Shown here: positions 14,805 through 16,456 of the stretch, in pieces
Position numbering within the stretch: position 1 is the first letter of the stretch
Layout: the number at the start of each line of letters is the position of its first letter
Origin: Lachnospiraceae bacterium
GTDB lineage: Bacteria; Bacillota; Clostridia; Lachnospirales; Lachnospiraceae
Assembly: GCA_029068555.1 (NCBI GenBank)
Contig: JAIECJ010000147.1
Location: 24,954 to 41,409 of the forward strand
Direction: 5' to 3'
DNA length: 16,456 nt
Program-made: the position numbers and the translations under genes
Notes under the pieces: model-generated
The model's database searches: none
The model's input: the letters and a program-made list of their open reading frames with translations, nothing else
What the model was told of the DNA's origin: nothing

Positions 14805-16456
14805 ATGAAGTATGTTATTTTAGGCGGCGTTGCCGCCGGAACAAAAGCTGCGGCAAAATTGAAGCGGCTTGACCGACAGGCAGAAGTCATTATTTTTACG
14901 AAAAGCCAAGATATTTCTTATGCCGGCTGCGGACTGCCATACTATATTGGCGGCGATATTCCGACGAGGGAGGGACTTATCGTAAACTCACCAGCCAAGT
15001 ATGCGGGACTTACGGGTGCACAGGTGCAGACGGGCTGTGAAGCAGTTGGCGTTGACAGCGGAAAAAAGCAGGTATCTGTGCGTCGTGCGGATGGAAGTAT
15101 CTTTACAGAATCATATGATAAGCTGATTATTGCGACTGGTGCAGCGCCTTTTGTTCCTCCGGTAGAGGGAGTGGGACTCCCTGGTGCTTTCTGTGTGCGC
15201 ACGCCGGATGATGCGGTGCAAATCCGCGAATATGCGGAAAAGAATAACTGTCGCAAAGCAGTTGTGTGTGGCGCTGGATTTATCGGTCTTGAAGTGGCGG
15301 AGAATCTGGCTGCGATGAATCTGGAAGTGACAGTGATTGATGCGGCTCCACAGATTATGCCAAATGCCTTTGACGAGGATATGGCAGGATATGCCAGGCG
15401 CCGGCTAAAGGCAAGCGGAATGCGTGTACTGACATCAGTCAGCCTGAAAGGAATAAACGGGAAGGAGCATGTTGAGAGTGTTTCTGCAGATGGCGGCATT
15501 TTACAGGCAGATCTTGTGATTCTGGCAATTGGTGTGCGTCCGGCAACTGAATTTTTGAACGATTCCGGAATTGAGATGTTTAAGGGAACAATTATTGTAG
15601 ACAAGGATATGAGGACAAGCATCCCTGATATTTATGCGGCGGGCGACTGTGCTATGGTAAAAAATGCTATTACTGATAAACCGCAGTGGTCTGCGATGGG
15701 TTCTACGGCAAATCTTGCCGCGCGTGCGATGGCAAAGAAATTGTATAATGCCGGAAGCGGATATGGCGGTTGCCTTGGAACGGGTGTTGTGCGGCTGCTT
15801 CCAACATTAAACGGGGGAAGGACAGGGCTTACGCAGGAACAGGCAGCGGCGGCAGGGTACGAGGCGGTATCGGTGGTCTGCGTCCTCGACGATAAGGCGC
15901 ATTATTATCCGGATGCGTCCTCCTTTATCATAAAGCTTACCGCAGATGCCAAGAGCCGCAGAATACTTGGTATTCAGGTATTGGGTGCGGGGGCGGTGGA
16001 CAAAATGGTGGATATCGCTGTGACAGGAATATACCAGAATTTGAAGCTGGACGATTTTGACACGATGGACTTTGCCTATGCGCCGCCGTTTTCAACGGCA
16101 ATCCATCCGTTTGTCACGGCATGCTACATACTGGAGAATAAGCTTGACGGCGTGCTCGACAGTATGACTCCGGCAGAATATGCTTCTGGTGCGGCAAAAG
16201 GTTATACGGTTCTTGATGCACAGCCTGCTCCGGCAATTCCGAATGCACGCTGGATAGACCTTTCCAAGGTGACAGAGCCGATAGAAGGGTTGGATAAGGA
16301 GGCAAAGCTGCTGCTTGTGTGTGCAAAAGGAAAAAGAGGATACTTTTTACAAAACCGTCTGAAAGCGCTCGGGTATACGAATACGCTTGTTTTGGAGGGC
16401 GGTGCCACGTTTAACGAGGTAAAAGTGCCGCGTGACGGGAAGAAACTGTCACCCGA
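14805..16456 (+). CDS. CoA-disulfide reductase / NADH-dependent persulfide reductase-like FAD oxidoreductase fused to a C-terminal rhodanese domain (3' end outside the window)
   Basis: My own translation is open from ATG 14805 to the window end; it is absent from the ORF track because there is no stop. The FAD fold is MKYVILGGVAAG and the redox Cys42 sits in SYAGCGLPYY. The NAD(P) fold is VVCGAGFIGLEVAE, with AAGDCA also present. The rhodanese loop is LLLVCAKGKRG (Cys506). RBS AAGGAGGG is present. Confidence 0.9.
   Translation, partial: MKYVILGGVAAGTKAAAKLKRLDRQAEVIIFTKSQDISYAGCGLPYYIGGDIPTREGLIVNSPAKYAGLTGAQVQTGCEAVGVDSGKKQVSVRRADGSIFTESYDKLIIATGAAPFVPPVEGVGLPGAFCVRTPDDAVQIREYAEKNNCRKAVVCGAGFIGLEVAENLAAMNLEVTVIDAAPQIMPNAFDEDMAGYARRRLKASGMRVLTSVSLKGINGKEHVESVSADGGILQADLVILAIGVRPATEFLNDSGIEMFKGTIIVDKDMRTSIPDIYAAGDCAMVKNAITDKPQWSAMGSTANLAARAMAKKLYNAGSGYGGCLGTGVVRLLPTLNGGRTGLTQEQAAAAGYEAVSVVCVLDDKAHYYPDASSFIIKLTADAKSRRILGIQVLGAGAVDKMVDIAVTGIYQNLKLDDFDTMDFAYAPPFSTAIHPFVTACYILENKLDGVLDSMTPAEYASGAAKGYTVLDAQPAPAIPNARWIDLSKVTEPIEGLDKEAKLLLVCAKGKRGYFLQNRLKALGYTNTLVLEGGATFNEVKVPRDGKKLSP

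Overview
This window reads as an ordinary chromosomal segment of a spore-forming, motile Firmicute; Clostridia/Lachnospiraceae-like is inference from gene content only. It is densely coding, and every gene except one is on the + strand.

Gene order:
- A possible 3' gene end or small ORF at the left edge.
- A methyl-accepting chemotaxis protein with a multi-pass membrane sensor.
- A convergent spore-cortex deacetylase (PdaA-like, - strand) that shares a bidirectional terminator with the chemotaxis gene.
- A translationally coupled MoxR AAA+ ATPase / DUF58 / polytopic DUF4129-like membrane protein trio.
- A 250-bp A+T-rich, repeat-laden spacer.
- A lone plasmid-type Rep_3-family initiator homologue.
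- An ABC ATPase, then a 699-aa bitopic protein with a repetitive P/Q/N/G/Y-rich N-terminus, then a 722-aa permease that looks like 1.5 fused ABC-2 permease modules.
- An Rrf2 (IscR-like) regulator with NifS and NifU/IscU.
- A 3'-truncated CoA-disulfide-reductase-like flavoprotein fused to a rhodanese domain.

I found no tRNA, rRNA, CRISPR array, transposase, integrase or recognisable named defence system.

The best candidate for something undescribed is the 6.0-12.3 kb block: an orphan Rep-like winged-helix protein with an unusual upstream repeat architecture, followed by an ABC module with a function-unknown bitopic partner. The MoxR/DUF58/DUF4129 trio is a conserved module of unknown function and is the second candidate. 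All functional calls rest on motifs read from the supplied translations. No database search was possible.
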